Shown: in pieces, positions 51,581 to 64,000 of the stretch
Layout of the letters: every line of letters starts with the position of its first letter
How positions within the stretch are numbered: the stretch's first letter is position 1
Origin: Octopus sinensis
Taxonomy: Eukaryota
Direction of reading: 5' to 3'
Assembly (NCBI RefSeq): GCF_006345805.1
Contig: NC_043006.1
Location: forward strand, 35,030,001-35,094,000
Length of the DNA: 64,000 nucleotides
Notes under the pieces: generated by a model
Seen by the model: only the letters and a program-made list of their open reading frames with translations
The model's database searches: none
Told to the model about the DNA's origin: nothing
Made by a program: the position numbers and the translations under genes

Positions 51581-52036
51581 TATATATATATATATATATT
51601 ATCTATACATACAAAAAATTATATATATACATACATACTCGCATACATACATACATACATACATATACATACATACATACATACATACTTACATGCATAC
51701 ATGCATACATAAATACATACATAATACCTACATACATGCATATGTATGGATGTGCGTGTACACATACATATATATATAAATAAATATATATATTACGGAA
51801 TACTTTGGATTTGAGAATTATCAGTCCATATATGAAAAGTAAAATTTCAGTCCATAAAGTGCTTCTTAAAAGTGTCTCAAATCTAAATTGTCGCAAATCC
51901 CAAATCTTCCGTAATATTTCAATAGGCCAATTAATTTGAGCACTGAATAGTGTGCTATATATGGAGTATATTTCCCTCTATTCATTATATCTATCTATCT
52001 ACCTTTTTCTCCCTCTCTCCCTCCCTCTCTCTGTAC

Positions 52037-52069
<33 letters not shown>

Positions 52070-52422
52070 AATATATTGTATTAATAAATAGGAGGTGGAA
52101 TGTGTAATAGACTTTATTGGATGCAACATGTTTCGACACGTTCTGGATCCCTTCAGGTACATCAATAAAAAGTCTCACTAGAGATTTCTTGAGTCGGCTA
52201 ACGTACCGCTATATGTCCATCAAATTCGAGAATATGATAATTTCGTTACAGTGTGAGTATGTGGTACTCGCGGCCGTGAATTACTACAACAAGTGATTTT
52301 GGCAGAGTCTGTATGGATTATTAAAGCTATGAGGACTCGCGAAGATGGAAAATCTACCGTGAATGTATACATGATTTGAGGGAGTTGGGAGAAGATCAAT
52401 CAGACTAAAGCAGAAAGGAATA

Positions 52423-52423
<1 letters not shown>

Positions 52424-52485
<62 letters not shown>

Positions 52486-52529
52486 CAGCAGCAGCAGCAC
52501 CAGCAGCGGCAGTAGTAGTAGTAGTAGTT

Positions 52530-52563
<34 letters not shown>

Positions 52564-52626
52564 CAGCAGCAGCGGCAGTAGTAGTAGTAGTAGTAGTAGA
52601 GTAGTAGTAGCAGCAGCAGCAGCAGT

Positions 52627-52679
<53 letters not shown>
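52424..52679. repeat. (TAG)n/(CAG)n trinucleotide array
   Basis: Direct reading. Confidence 0.95.
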
Positions 52680-53707
52680 GGACCAGTTGGTAGTCTTCTA
52701 TTTAGAAGAGGAAGGAAATTTAAAGCAATGGGGGCGCTAATCAATTGTAGGATCGGCAGAAATATATCGGTAGAACAGAGCGGTGATGACCAAGGATGTT
52801 GCTATTACCGTTTCTGGAGCAGCATCGACCAAAGTTCTGTGAAGCAAACCAAATTTCTTCGTCCTTGCTATCAGCAGCATTTGGCACAACGTCAAAATAG
52901 AAGCCGAATGTTTTCCACCTCTAGTAAACTATTGAGCGGAGGCTACTAGTAACAGCACCACACACGAGCACCATCCGTCGTCGAGGTCGGTTGGACACTG
53001 GAGAAAATATTGTAAACTGTTGGGGGCAGTAAATAGAAAGTGACGTGGGGTGCTAAAAATCGTTGATTCCTGGTAAAAAAAAAGAACAGGTTATTGGAAA
53101 TATCTCACAGAAAATGCCGCGTACCGTTCTGAAATATCTGAGTCCAACGGTTGAAGTAATCAATGTACAGAGTGGATTGGAAATACTAAACGAGTTGAAG
53201 GAGGGCAACAAGAATAATGTTCCGGATGAGGAAATCGGGGTAGATTATATTGATAGGCTGTTGGTAAAAGCTGCCCCACAAGTCTAGAAACTAATAGTGA
53301 ATAATTGCCATTTTATATGAAGAGGGAAGAATGTTACAGCTTATATGAGTTCCAGCATGGTCACGAGAGAATTTGGTGGATTCAGTTTCTACAGGATTAC
53401 TGGGTTAGATGACATGGATGCTCTGATATTTGAGCAACTCTTTTAGGCAAGGACGAGTCGCCATTGTGCAACAGAGATACCATTATCCATTTGTAAATAT
53501 TTCGTGTAGAAAATTGCTAACCCCTCGTTAACTTTTGCTTCTCCGTTATACCTTATGGCGTCTTACCTTTTGTTATGTAAATCTAAATATATATATATAT
53601 ATGTGTGTGTATGTGTGTGTGTGTGCGTGTGTGTATCTGTGTGTATATATATATATGTATATATGTTTATGCATATATATATATATATATGTATATCTGT
53701 ATATATG

Positions 53708-53739
<32 letters not shown>

Positions 53740-53934
53740 AATATATATATCTATATATATATATATATATATGCATATATTTGTGTATATATATGCACAT
53801 ATAAATGCACACACATACACACACACACATATATATACACCATACTTTCTATCCCTTATCTCTTCTTTATGACACATGTTTTGAATTGTATGGATGGCCC
53901 TTGAGCCAACAATAAAAGCCTTTTTATTGCTGTA

Positions 53935-53974
53935 GTTGCTATTATTATTATTATTACAATTATTATTATTATTA

Positions 53975-54052
<78 letters not shown>

Positions 54053-54132
54053 TATTATTATTATATTTTTTATTATTATTATTATTATTATATTATTATT
54101 ATTATCATCATCATCATCATTATTATTATCAT
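53935..54132. repeat. (ATT)n/(ATC)n array
   Basis: Direct reading. Confidence 0.95.
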
Positions 54133-54475
54133 TGTTCATGTTCTTTTTCTTGTTATTATTGACGTTATTCTTAGGAATGCATCTGGCTGTACCAGATTAT
54201 CATTCTATTAGAGTCGAAAAAGCGGGAGACAATGGAACAGAAATATCGAATGCTAACCAATTAGGAACATATTATCGTTCACTGCAAGAAATCAATATGG
54301 CCTATTATATCTAGCGGACGAACACAGTGTGTTGACATATGCGATTATGCACATAGCGTCATACACACACACACAAACACACGCATATACACACATATGT
54401 AAACGTACATGCATGACTATATATATATATGTATGTATATATGTGTGTATGTATATATAATATATAATTATGTAC

Positions 54476-54517
<42 letters not shown>

Positions 54518-55002
54518 GTATAATATATATACTTGTGTGTATGTATGCGTCTGTGGGGGGTGTGTATCAATATTTTGAGATGCATGTAGGAATTATCTCT
54601 GTGTCCCGTTGTGCTGGCTAAAAATAAAAATACGAAGTCGAGCGATAAAGACAGAATAAGAGTTAAGAAAATATATCGTGTATATATATATACTATATAT
54701 ATAATTAATATATATATATATAATATAATATATATATATATATATACATATATATATCTTTTCTCTCCCTATCTCTCTCTCTCTCTATCTCTCTCTCTCT
54801 CTTCTCTCTCTCTTATATATATATATTCACTTTTGTTTATCGGTCTCTATTCTATCCATTTGAACTTGTTTGACACTATCTCACCCTGTGCATTTCCAGT
54901 GTTGTTTTTCTGTCATTATGTCATAAACCCACCCCTTCTTCTACCTCACCCCTACTACCACCGATGCCACACACGAATATATACTATACGTGTATATATA
55001 TA

Positions 55003-55037
<35 letters not shown>

Positions 55038-55077
55038 CGTATGCATACGTACATACCTACACGTACATATATATATA

Positions 55078-55113
<36 letters not shown>

Positions 55114-55506
55114 TTATATATATATGCATACATCCACAAAGATACACGTATATATACATGCATATACACATACGCATGTCAACAATATTCTTGTCAGAGC
55201 ATAATAAATTTGTACAGTACAAAAGTAAACCCTGAGATTAATTTACAATCGTTTTTTATTATAACTAAACATAAAAATGAACATTAACATACATGAATGC
55301 GTGAGTAAGTGTGTGCGGGTATGGATGAATACATATATGTATATGAAGGATTCTCTTATCGTGAAAGTCAAATGAGGGTTCATTAAAATAAAGCGCTAAT
55401 CATGTTCTATGGACACTGATGTGTCTCGTAAGGCCTGCTGGCGCCTTACAAGCTTTTTGGCAAACGGAACTAGTTGAGGAATCAGTTGGTTCGAGTCCTT
55501 GTGGAT

Positions 55507-55606
55507 NNNNNNNNNNNNNNNNNNNNNNNNNNNNNNNNNNNNNNNNNNNNNNNNNNNNNNNNNNNNNNNNNNNNNNNNNNNNNNNNNNNNNNNNNNNNNN
55601 NNNNNN
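55507..55606. other. Assembly gap (100 N)
   Basis: Run of N. Confidence 1.
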
Positions 55607-55972
55607 AGTGACTCCACACAAGCGAATTACACTTAATTTATGACACGCTGTGCTATAGTGCGGAGAATAAAACATATTTTACTTTCAACACCATTCTGCT
55701 GTCTGACTATGCAGACTTATGAATGAATGTAACGTATGAACTGGTCTGGTAAAGAGATACGCCAAAACTTATCTTTATCACTATTTTACTAATTTTTTAC
55801 ACTTCCAACGGTAAGACGTCCTTTCTGTATTAACATGAGGTTCTACCAAATCGTCCCTATATCTCGTTATTATGGGGTTCATTCAAATTTGCACCTATTT
55901 ATTTCTTTACCAGGGTTATGATTTGATTATTGTAGGTCTTTCCTTGTATAATAAATATTTTATAATATTAAA

Positions 55973-56530
55973 GGCGGCGAGCTGTCAGAACCGTAATCAC
56001 CATAGGCGAAGTGTTTGCGGTATTTCATCTGCCGTTATTTTCTGAGTCCAAATTCCGCCGAGGTCGACTTTGCCTTTCATCCCTTCGGGCTCGATTAAAT
56101 ATGTACCAGTTACGCACTGGGGTCGATATAATCGACTTAATCCGTTTGTCTGTTTTTGTTTGTCCTCTCTATGTTTAGCCCCTTGTGGGTAGTAAAGAAA
56201 TAGGTATTTCGTCTGCTTTACGTTCTGAGTTCAAATTCAGCAGAGTTCGAGTTTGCCTTTCATCCTTTCTTGGTCGATAAATTAAGTAGCACTTCCTTAC
56301 TGGGGCTGAACTAATCAACTGGCCCTCTCCCACAAAATTCCCGGCCTTGTACCTAGAGTAGAAAAGAATAAAGGCGGCAAGCGGGCAGACTGTTTAGCGC
56401 TTGGGACAAAATTACTTAGCGGCATTTTGTCCGTCTTTATGTTCTGAGTTCAAATGCCACCGAGTTCATCTTTGCTTTTCATTCTTTTGAGGTCGAGCAA
56501 ATAAGTACCAACTGGGCCCCTGGGTCGATG
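55973..56530 (+). mobile_element. Tandem cluster of three family-1 SINE units
   Basis: ggcggcgagctg..gagtccaaattccgccgaggtcgac; second body from ~56205; third head at 56373. Confidence 0.85.
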
Positions 56531-57228
56531 CCATCCGCAGGTGGTTACTTTTCTTATGGAATTTTCATTCAGTTAGCTTTTCCACTCATAATTTACAAAC
56601 TCTCAAAAACGGTCTGAATTTATTTATATTTGGCTGCCTATGATGATATTTGTGACGAGATTTATGCAAACTATGAGCAGTGGACCCAACTCAATCCACT
56701 GCGTATTTACGCTCTCTTAACAAATGCCCAAATTAGACTTTCACAAGCATACGCATACACAGGCAGATGTATATTACCTACGTACCTATATATAATATAT
56801 ATATATATTCTCTTACACATAGTTACACACGCACATATACAGGCATATATGCATACATCCATATAGATATCTCTCTCAGCACACTCGCACAAACACACGT
56901 ATATATATATATATATGTATGTTGATGTACGTGCACACATGCGTGTCTGTGGGCATATATCTTTACATGTAAAAATATATTCGTTTGTGTATGTCTGTAG
57001 GCATGCTTGTCTTGGATATATCTTCTACTCATACAAAGGCATGCATGCACATACATACTGGCACACACACAGAAACACACTCACACACACGCATATACGC
57101 GCACGCACACATGTATGTATATATGTGTGCATGTTATGTGGATGCTTGCCTTAATAGAAAGTAAAACTAAATTATATATGGCTACACACGTAGAATGCAT
57201 GTGCTTATATATATGTACTTGCATACAA

Positions 57229-57316
<88 letters not shown>

Positions 57317-58156
57317 GTGTGTGTCTGTTAGTGAGTGTTATATATACATATATATGTAACAACTATCTTTCTATCAATCCATCTGTATATATATGTATAC
57401 ACACACATATATATGTATATATATATATATATGTATGTATCTATGTATGCATGTATATATACATATACACACATATATATATATTCATATGTACTTGCAT
57501 ATTTATATTGTGCGTGCGTACGTGTGTTTGTTAGTGTATTTATATATACATACATATGTAACATATCTATATTTCTATCTGTCTATCCATCTGTGTGTGT
57601 ATATATATAGTCACATGTATAGGCATAGACACATGCTTACGTGTGAGTGTGTGTATAGACATTTCAATTTACATGCTGCACATACATGCACCTATACATA
57701 TATGTATTTATATATATGTAGCAAATCCCCAAACAACTCCACACGGAGATATATGCGTGTTTTCTCTGGAATTCCCAAGTAAGTGTGGGCATGTGTTTGT
57801 ATATAGCTGCAAGGCAACGAAGCGCTGTAAACATGAACTTCCTCTCGAGTACGATGAACGAATGAAAAATATTTCGTGACTACAATTACAAACGCATCAG
57901 AGATTCTTAGAAAATAGCTCCTATCTTTTCTAAAACAGAAATAGACTGCTATACAGAAGAGGTACCATTTGTAGAAATCGAAGGAAGAATGAGTAAATAT
58001 GTACGCTACCACTTAAGCCGAAAGAAATAGGAAACCAAATTGCCAGTAAACCACATTATAATATTTTAAATAAACGAGAATATATAATACCATGTGATTC
58101 ATAATATTTAAAACACTGGATGGTCACGGCTGGGACACACGGTATTGTATATCTTA

Positions 58157-58379
58157 AGGCGGCGAAACGTTAGCACGCCGGGCGAAATGCGTAGCCGTAT
58201 TTCATCTGCCGTTACATTCTGAGTTCAAATTCCGCCGAGGTCGACTTTGCCTTTCATCCTTTCGGGGTCGATTAAATAAATACCAGTTACGTACTGGGGT
58301 CGATGTAATCAATTTAATCCGTTTGTCTGTCCTTGTCTGTCCATTCTCTGTTTAGACCCTTGTGGGCAGTAAAGAAATA
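58157..58379 (+). mobile_element. Family-1 SINE, 16-bp TSD
   Basis: ggtattgtatatctta at 58141-58156 and 58380-58395. Confidence 0.9.
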
Positions 58380-58899
58380 GGTATTGTATATCTTACATGT
58401 TCGACATCAGGGTACGCAATTGCTATGAACAGCAGTCTAAGGGCTTACCTTGCAGTCTAAAACAGAAGGTGGTGTTTTATATCATAGTTCTCGGTACGAT
58501 ATTCTCGGGATGAGTAAGACATGCTTTGAAAGTCTTTTATCTCTTCACTTACAGAGCTATGTATGTCCCCAGTCTAACAGTAATAACATCAACCATAACT
58601 GCAATTTATAGGAAGTGTGACGCGCAATGGAACTGAACCCAAAACTACCACACGGCCATTCCTGTGCATGTCCTTATCTGTTTTTTAATTGGTTAGAGAT
58701 AAGTTGAAGGAGATTTAGCTGCTAATTCTAATAAGCTAAGTGCGCACCCCGAAGCAATCTCTTTAGTTTAACAATTAAATGTTTGAATTTATATAATGTT
58801 ACGTGTTTAATGAGTTTCCTTTTGGAAATTATTTATGCTTTGTTTTATGCTTTGTTTTGTGCTTGTAGAAACTGTGTGCTGTCTGGTCCCCATCGTCGT

Positions 58900-59330
58900 C
58901 GATTTACACACAAAGATCCGGCTATATAATAGCATAGTTCTACCAACAGTTGTTTTTGTTAATGAATCATGGACGTGATGCATAAAAATCAACTGAAATC
59001 TTGATGTGCTCTTCCAAAGGTATTTGAGGAGTGTTCTAAGAATATACTGGCATTCTGAAGTGAGCCAGCACAAGACCACATAGCGACGTCATCGCAGATT
59101 GAAAATTAGAATTTGTAGGACACATATTCCGGCTATTAAAAATAAAAAAAAAAGCCATTCTAAACAGTTTTGAAATGGACCACCACCAAATGGGAAAAGA
59201 AGAGGAAAAGACTGAAAGCTATTCGGCGCAGTACATAACCGACATGAGAGGGCAATATCGCAGGTTCGGATGCAGAGAAAGCTGCAACTAGCAGAAACGA
59301 AGGGAATTGCTGCCCAATGCGCTTGAGAGT
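58900..59330 (+). mobile_element. RTE-group LINE C-terminal fragment, decayed
   Basis: TKIRLYNSIVLPTVVF.NESWT..LDVLFQRYLRSVLRIYW; EFVGHIFRL; PPNGKRRG. Confidence 0.75.
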
Positions 59331-61049
59331 ACAAGAGGAAATGAGAATGGTACTGACGATATATAAGAACGATAAATCTGTGCATTGACAGACTGCTTTG
59401 TGGCTCGGACTAAATACCTTGCGGTATTCAGTTATTGCTCTTTGCTTTCTCAGTTCCAATCCTATTCGGATTGATTTTACTCGTTTATATTTTACGGAAA
59501 GAAAAAAATGAAGTGCTGGGTCCAACATCATCGAATGCCTTCTCCATTAACAATAATCAATAGAGTGGACCAGTCATATAATTAATATTTACTTCACATT
59601 TTGGCACAAGGCCAGAAAGTTTGGAGGAAGATGCTTGATGGTCAACGAGTATTTATTTAATCGACCTCGAAAGGACGATAGGCAAAGTTTAACTCAGCGC
59701 AGTGTGAACTCAGGAGATACAGACGGCTGAATAGGTGCTGAACATTTTGTCCGAGGTACATATGATTCTGCCAGCTCGGTGCCTTATTTGTATAAGTAAT
59801 ATTCATGATAATATTACGAACCTTAACTTATTTCCTTGTCGAGGATAATAAACGGAGAAAAAGAAAACGAGCGTGTGCATGGGTTTGTGGTTAAGAAAGC
59901 TCACTTAGCAACCACGTCGACACTCACACACACACACATACACACACACATTGATACAAACATACATACATATATACACACATACATTCATACAAACATA
60001 CATACATACATATATTCATACATACATAAGTACATACATACATATACACACACACATATATATATGTGTGTATGTATATATGTATGTGTATATGTAATTA
60101 TGTACTTATGTATGTATGTTTGTATGAATGTATGTGTGTGTCTGTATGTGTGTGTGTGCGTCTGTGTGTCTGTGTGTGAGTCTCTTTGTGTTTAAGCTTT
60201 TCCTCCAAACACTGCTTGACAACTATTGGTTTGTTTACATTCCCGTAAGTTAGCATGAAACTAAGTCCAGGGGTCGATTTGTTCTCATAAACCCTTCAGA
60301 TCCAATGACTGAAACGAGTTAAAGAATACAGGACAATGTCCTGATCCACACAAGTCCTGTATATTTCATCTCCTAATTAATCGGAAAATTGGAGGGGAGG
60401 GGGAAAAACAAACCGTTATTCTTACCCTAGCATTTATATATTTATTTATTTTTTTACTCTAAAGCATCAGCGGAAATTGTTACGCTTGTTTTTGTTGTTG
60501 TTGCTGTTGTTGCTTTTGTCCTTACTGCCTCTAGTTTTAGTTTCCCTAAAAGAGAAAAAAATTCTCCACCTCAGAATTGCATGTTTAATGTAAGTTGATA
60601 TTAATGGTTAGCTAACGTCAGCTCAAAAGAAACGGACGGAAGCTGACTAATGACAAAGCCGTACATCAAAGGCCACATTGTTGAAGCGCTGCTCATGCTA
60701 TTCATACACGAGCACTTACGAGACAGCAACATCAGTCATGAGATGAAAGTTATCCTAACCATATTCTTTTTACGTTGCCATTTCCGGTGAAACCACAGTG
60801 GTCTCAAGAGCATGTAATTTGAGCCGAAGTTTTCTATTAATTCTACCGGAGACCATAATCCATATTCCAGTGTTTAGCGCTCAGTGAACCAATTACTTGA
60901 TCATTAGCTTTCGTGGCATTATTTGAAGCAATGTACTTAGATGTTGTATTGATTTTATTTCATGGGTTAGCACCTGTTCAATTGATGAGGAAACCTAGTT
61001 TCGATACGCAACAAAGAATTAATATATCTGCAGTAATAATAAATTTTCC

Positions 61050-61258
61050 GTAATAGGTTCAAGGCCTGAAATTTGGGAGGAAGGTTCTAGTCAGTTAGAT
61101 TGATCCCCCAGTACTCAACTGGTACTTAGTTTACCGATACCCCCCAAAACGAAAGGCAAAATCGACCCAGGCGGTATTCGAACTCGGTACGTAAAGCCTG
61201 AAGAAATACCGCTAATCATTGTGGCCGGTGCAATTGCGATTCTGCCAGCTCGCTACCC
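61050..61258 (-). mobile_element. Family-1 SINE, degenerate
   Basis: cagtactcaactggtac..gaaaggcaaaatcgaccc..ttcgaactc..attctgccagctcgct. Confidence 0.75.
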
Positions 61259-62309
61259 CCAAGTTCGCGATAATATCATTTGCTTCAAATGAGTTTAGGA
61301 ATTGAATTTCATGACTCTTTATTTCCCCTTCTTTCAAAGCTAAATTTTCAAAATCCGTTAATTCTAATTTTCCCCTCACGCCAACATTTTCAATCTCTGC
61401 TGAAAGTTAAGACTGCAATGTTTCCAATATTGTATAAAACGTACGTGTAATATTTGAAAGACACCATTTTTATGATTAGTCTAATACATTGTGGCAAAGT
61501 ACACAAGTTGGTAAAAGTGTAAAAGTCAGTGTAGTAATTTTCTTAAAATCTGTCTCTAACAACCTCTGCTTTGATTAGTGACTGTCTTCTTTCTCTCGTT
61601 TTGTTTATCAGAGAGATAGATTTGATCAAAGCAGCGAGATAGGAACATACGTAAACATACACACACATAAGTGCGAGCGACAGCAAACAAGATGGGCTTC
61701 TTTCAGTTTCTGTCTACAAAATCTACTTATAGGCCTTTGGTCGGAGCGGGGCTAAATTAGAACACACATGTGTTAATTTTTACACTTGTATCCTACGAAA
61801 CTAAAAATATTTTGGCCCACAGAATCGTTTCCAGAATCTTAATGTTTTAAAATGCTTCTTTGAATTGTTTGTAGTTAAAAAGAACCGATTGTCTAAGCGA
61901 AATGTAACTGAATATCAATGCTTCGATATTCTTGCTGTCTCTGCTCACCTCTTATACTTTTCATTACACATTTTTACCGGTTTCAGTTAAAGAATTGCAG
62001 CTAATCTTGCACAACCACTATAAAACCGAGGCAAATTGTAACAATAGCATATTTCCTATCTATTATAACTTTCAAGCAGTCAGTTTCTTTAAAACAGTCT
62101 CTTCCTTTAAATATCTATAAAAATTAATATTTATTTATTTATTTGTACATATTCTTCTAAGGTTCTCAACAAGAAATACGAAATTAAGACTTGTCAGGTT
62201 TCAAATTTAATAATAAATAAGTTTCTCTAATTTATCTGTATTTAGTACTTCCTTACCATTTCTAAAATAGAAACCGAGGATCCAGTTAGCTAGCTACCAA
62301 GATATATAA

Positions 62310-62367
<58 letters not shown>

Positions 62368-62539
62368 CTCTGTGTGTGTGTGTGTAAATAGATAGATAGA
62401 TAGATGAGTTGATAGATAGGTAGATATTACTTTAGTGATAGCTATATATAAATATTACATTAGTAAACAAAGTTGAAATCATAGTTAATGGCCTTCCTTT
62501 TAGCAACGCTGGCGTTATCTGATATATCTAAGATACGTA

Positions 62540-62541
62540 AA

Positions 62542-62616
<75 letters not shown>

Positions 62617-62645
62617 ATAATATATACATGTATATATATATATAC

Positions 62646-62678
<33 letters not shown>

Positions 62679-62754
62679 CATATATACACATATATATTCA
62701 TACGGATATGCATACATCGATAAATAAACATATATGTATTATATGCATATGTAT

Positions 62755-62824
<70 letters not shown>

Positions 62825-62834
62825 ATATGTATAT

Positions 62835-62900
<66 letters not shown>
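62540..62900. repeat. (TA)n-rich microsatellite
   Basis: Direct reading. Confidence 0.95.
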
Positions 62901-62902
<2 letters not shown>

Positions 62903-63740
62903 TCACACATGGCTTGATCTTAACTGCACAAAAGCAATGCCTTGCTACCACAACTATGATAAGAATTAAATATAGAATAAAGAGGAAATCTCTAAGTACA
63001 GACTATGCAATCAGCATCCTGAAACGATCGATCGGTCGATCGATAGATCGAGTACACAGTCACGATCGAGTCTTTATCTCTAACCATTAGGGAAACATGT
63101 TGATATTTCCTTCTAAGAAACTGAATAGGACTATAAGCACATATGAAACTCTAAGCGAAACAGTGTCAGGAAACAAACCGAGAAAATGAAAAAAAAATCA
63201 GAAATCACAATCGTTAAAGAAACGTTTGGTGCTATAGGATATAAAATAAAATACTAATAATGATTGAAATACAAGTTAAAAACTTTTTCTGTCATGAAGT
63301 GGCTATGACAAAGAGGAAAACTACTAACGCCATGAAAATGTTAAGTCTAAACAGAATTCTTTGTCAGATTCAATATACATCGCACCCAATAGAATTTAAA
63401 GTCCATACCACAAGACATACAGTATATTTTTTATGCACAAGCGTACAACAATAACTTCAATATAATCGTCACCAAACGAGAAAGCGCTTAAACGATATAT
63501 ATGTTTGTATAAGTGGCCCCCCCACCGCCACCTCAAACCAATGAAATATTCTCGACCTGTTACAGACAAGAACCAAATTATCTTCAAATCCTATATACTA
63601 AGTGCGAAAAGTCCAATTTTTTTCGTCACCCTACCACTACGTTACAGGGGTTTTGGTGTAGCCAATCAGTTGGTCACTCCTTTGACCCTGTATAAATATT
63701 TGTTGCATACTATTCTATAATTTGGACCGACCCCCGTAAG

Positions 63741-63809
<69 letters not shown>

Positions 63810-64000
63810 GGTTGATATGTTTATTGGTTACTTAGTTGCGATATATGAATATCAAAAAGAGTTTCCATTTATTTCTAAAGCATAGTTCCGATCTTGAGAC
63901 CTCCAGGCTATGAAACCAGCATGCTACCACATCACGACAATGTTAAACGAATTATTACGCAAATACATATTTTTTATTGTTTGTTTTGGGTTACATAGCT

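Noticed and set aside
55396-55675. ORFs spanning X residues
   Set aside because: Artefacts of the 100-N gap.

Overview
Eukaryotic, AT-rich and microsatellite-saturated DNA. The SINE families and (TA)n/(GATA)n density suggest an octopus or other cephalopod genome; this is inference, not verified. No host protein-coding gene can be called with confidence, and most ORFs in the track are microsatellite translations. The window is dominated by transposons. The main system is a group of Tx1/L1-clade non-LTR retrotransposons that appear target-specific. Two full-length decayed copies (A 11031-17331, B 18493-24040), a ~65-bp 3' stub and a 5'-truncated copy (C) all sit in (GATA)n arrays in the same orientation with matching 3' junctions. 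Two diverged relatives (43941-44395, 46600-47371) end at (ATT)-type repeats. A 2.4-kb ORF1-only ('half-LINE') relative (1649-4089) has split a tRNA-derived SINE head with a 14-bp TSD. Five of these ends plus the ORF1-only element share a GCC-loop-GGC hairpin before AATAAA. Also present: an R4/Dong-like fragment in (TAA)n tail-to-tail with a Tx1 end; HERO/NeSL-like, Penelope-like, CR1-like, RTE-like and hAT fragments; many tRNA-derived SINEs; several foldback/MITE elements; minimal hammerhead-like motifs; and a 100-N assembly gap.
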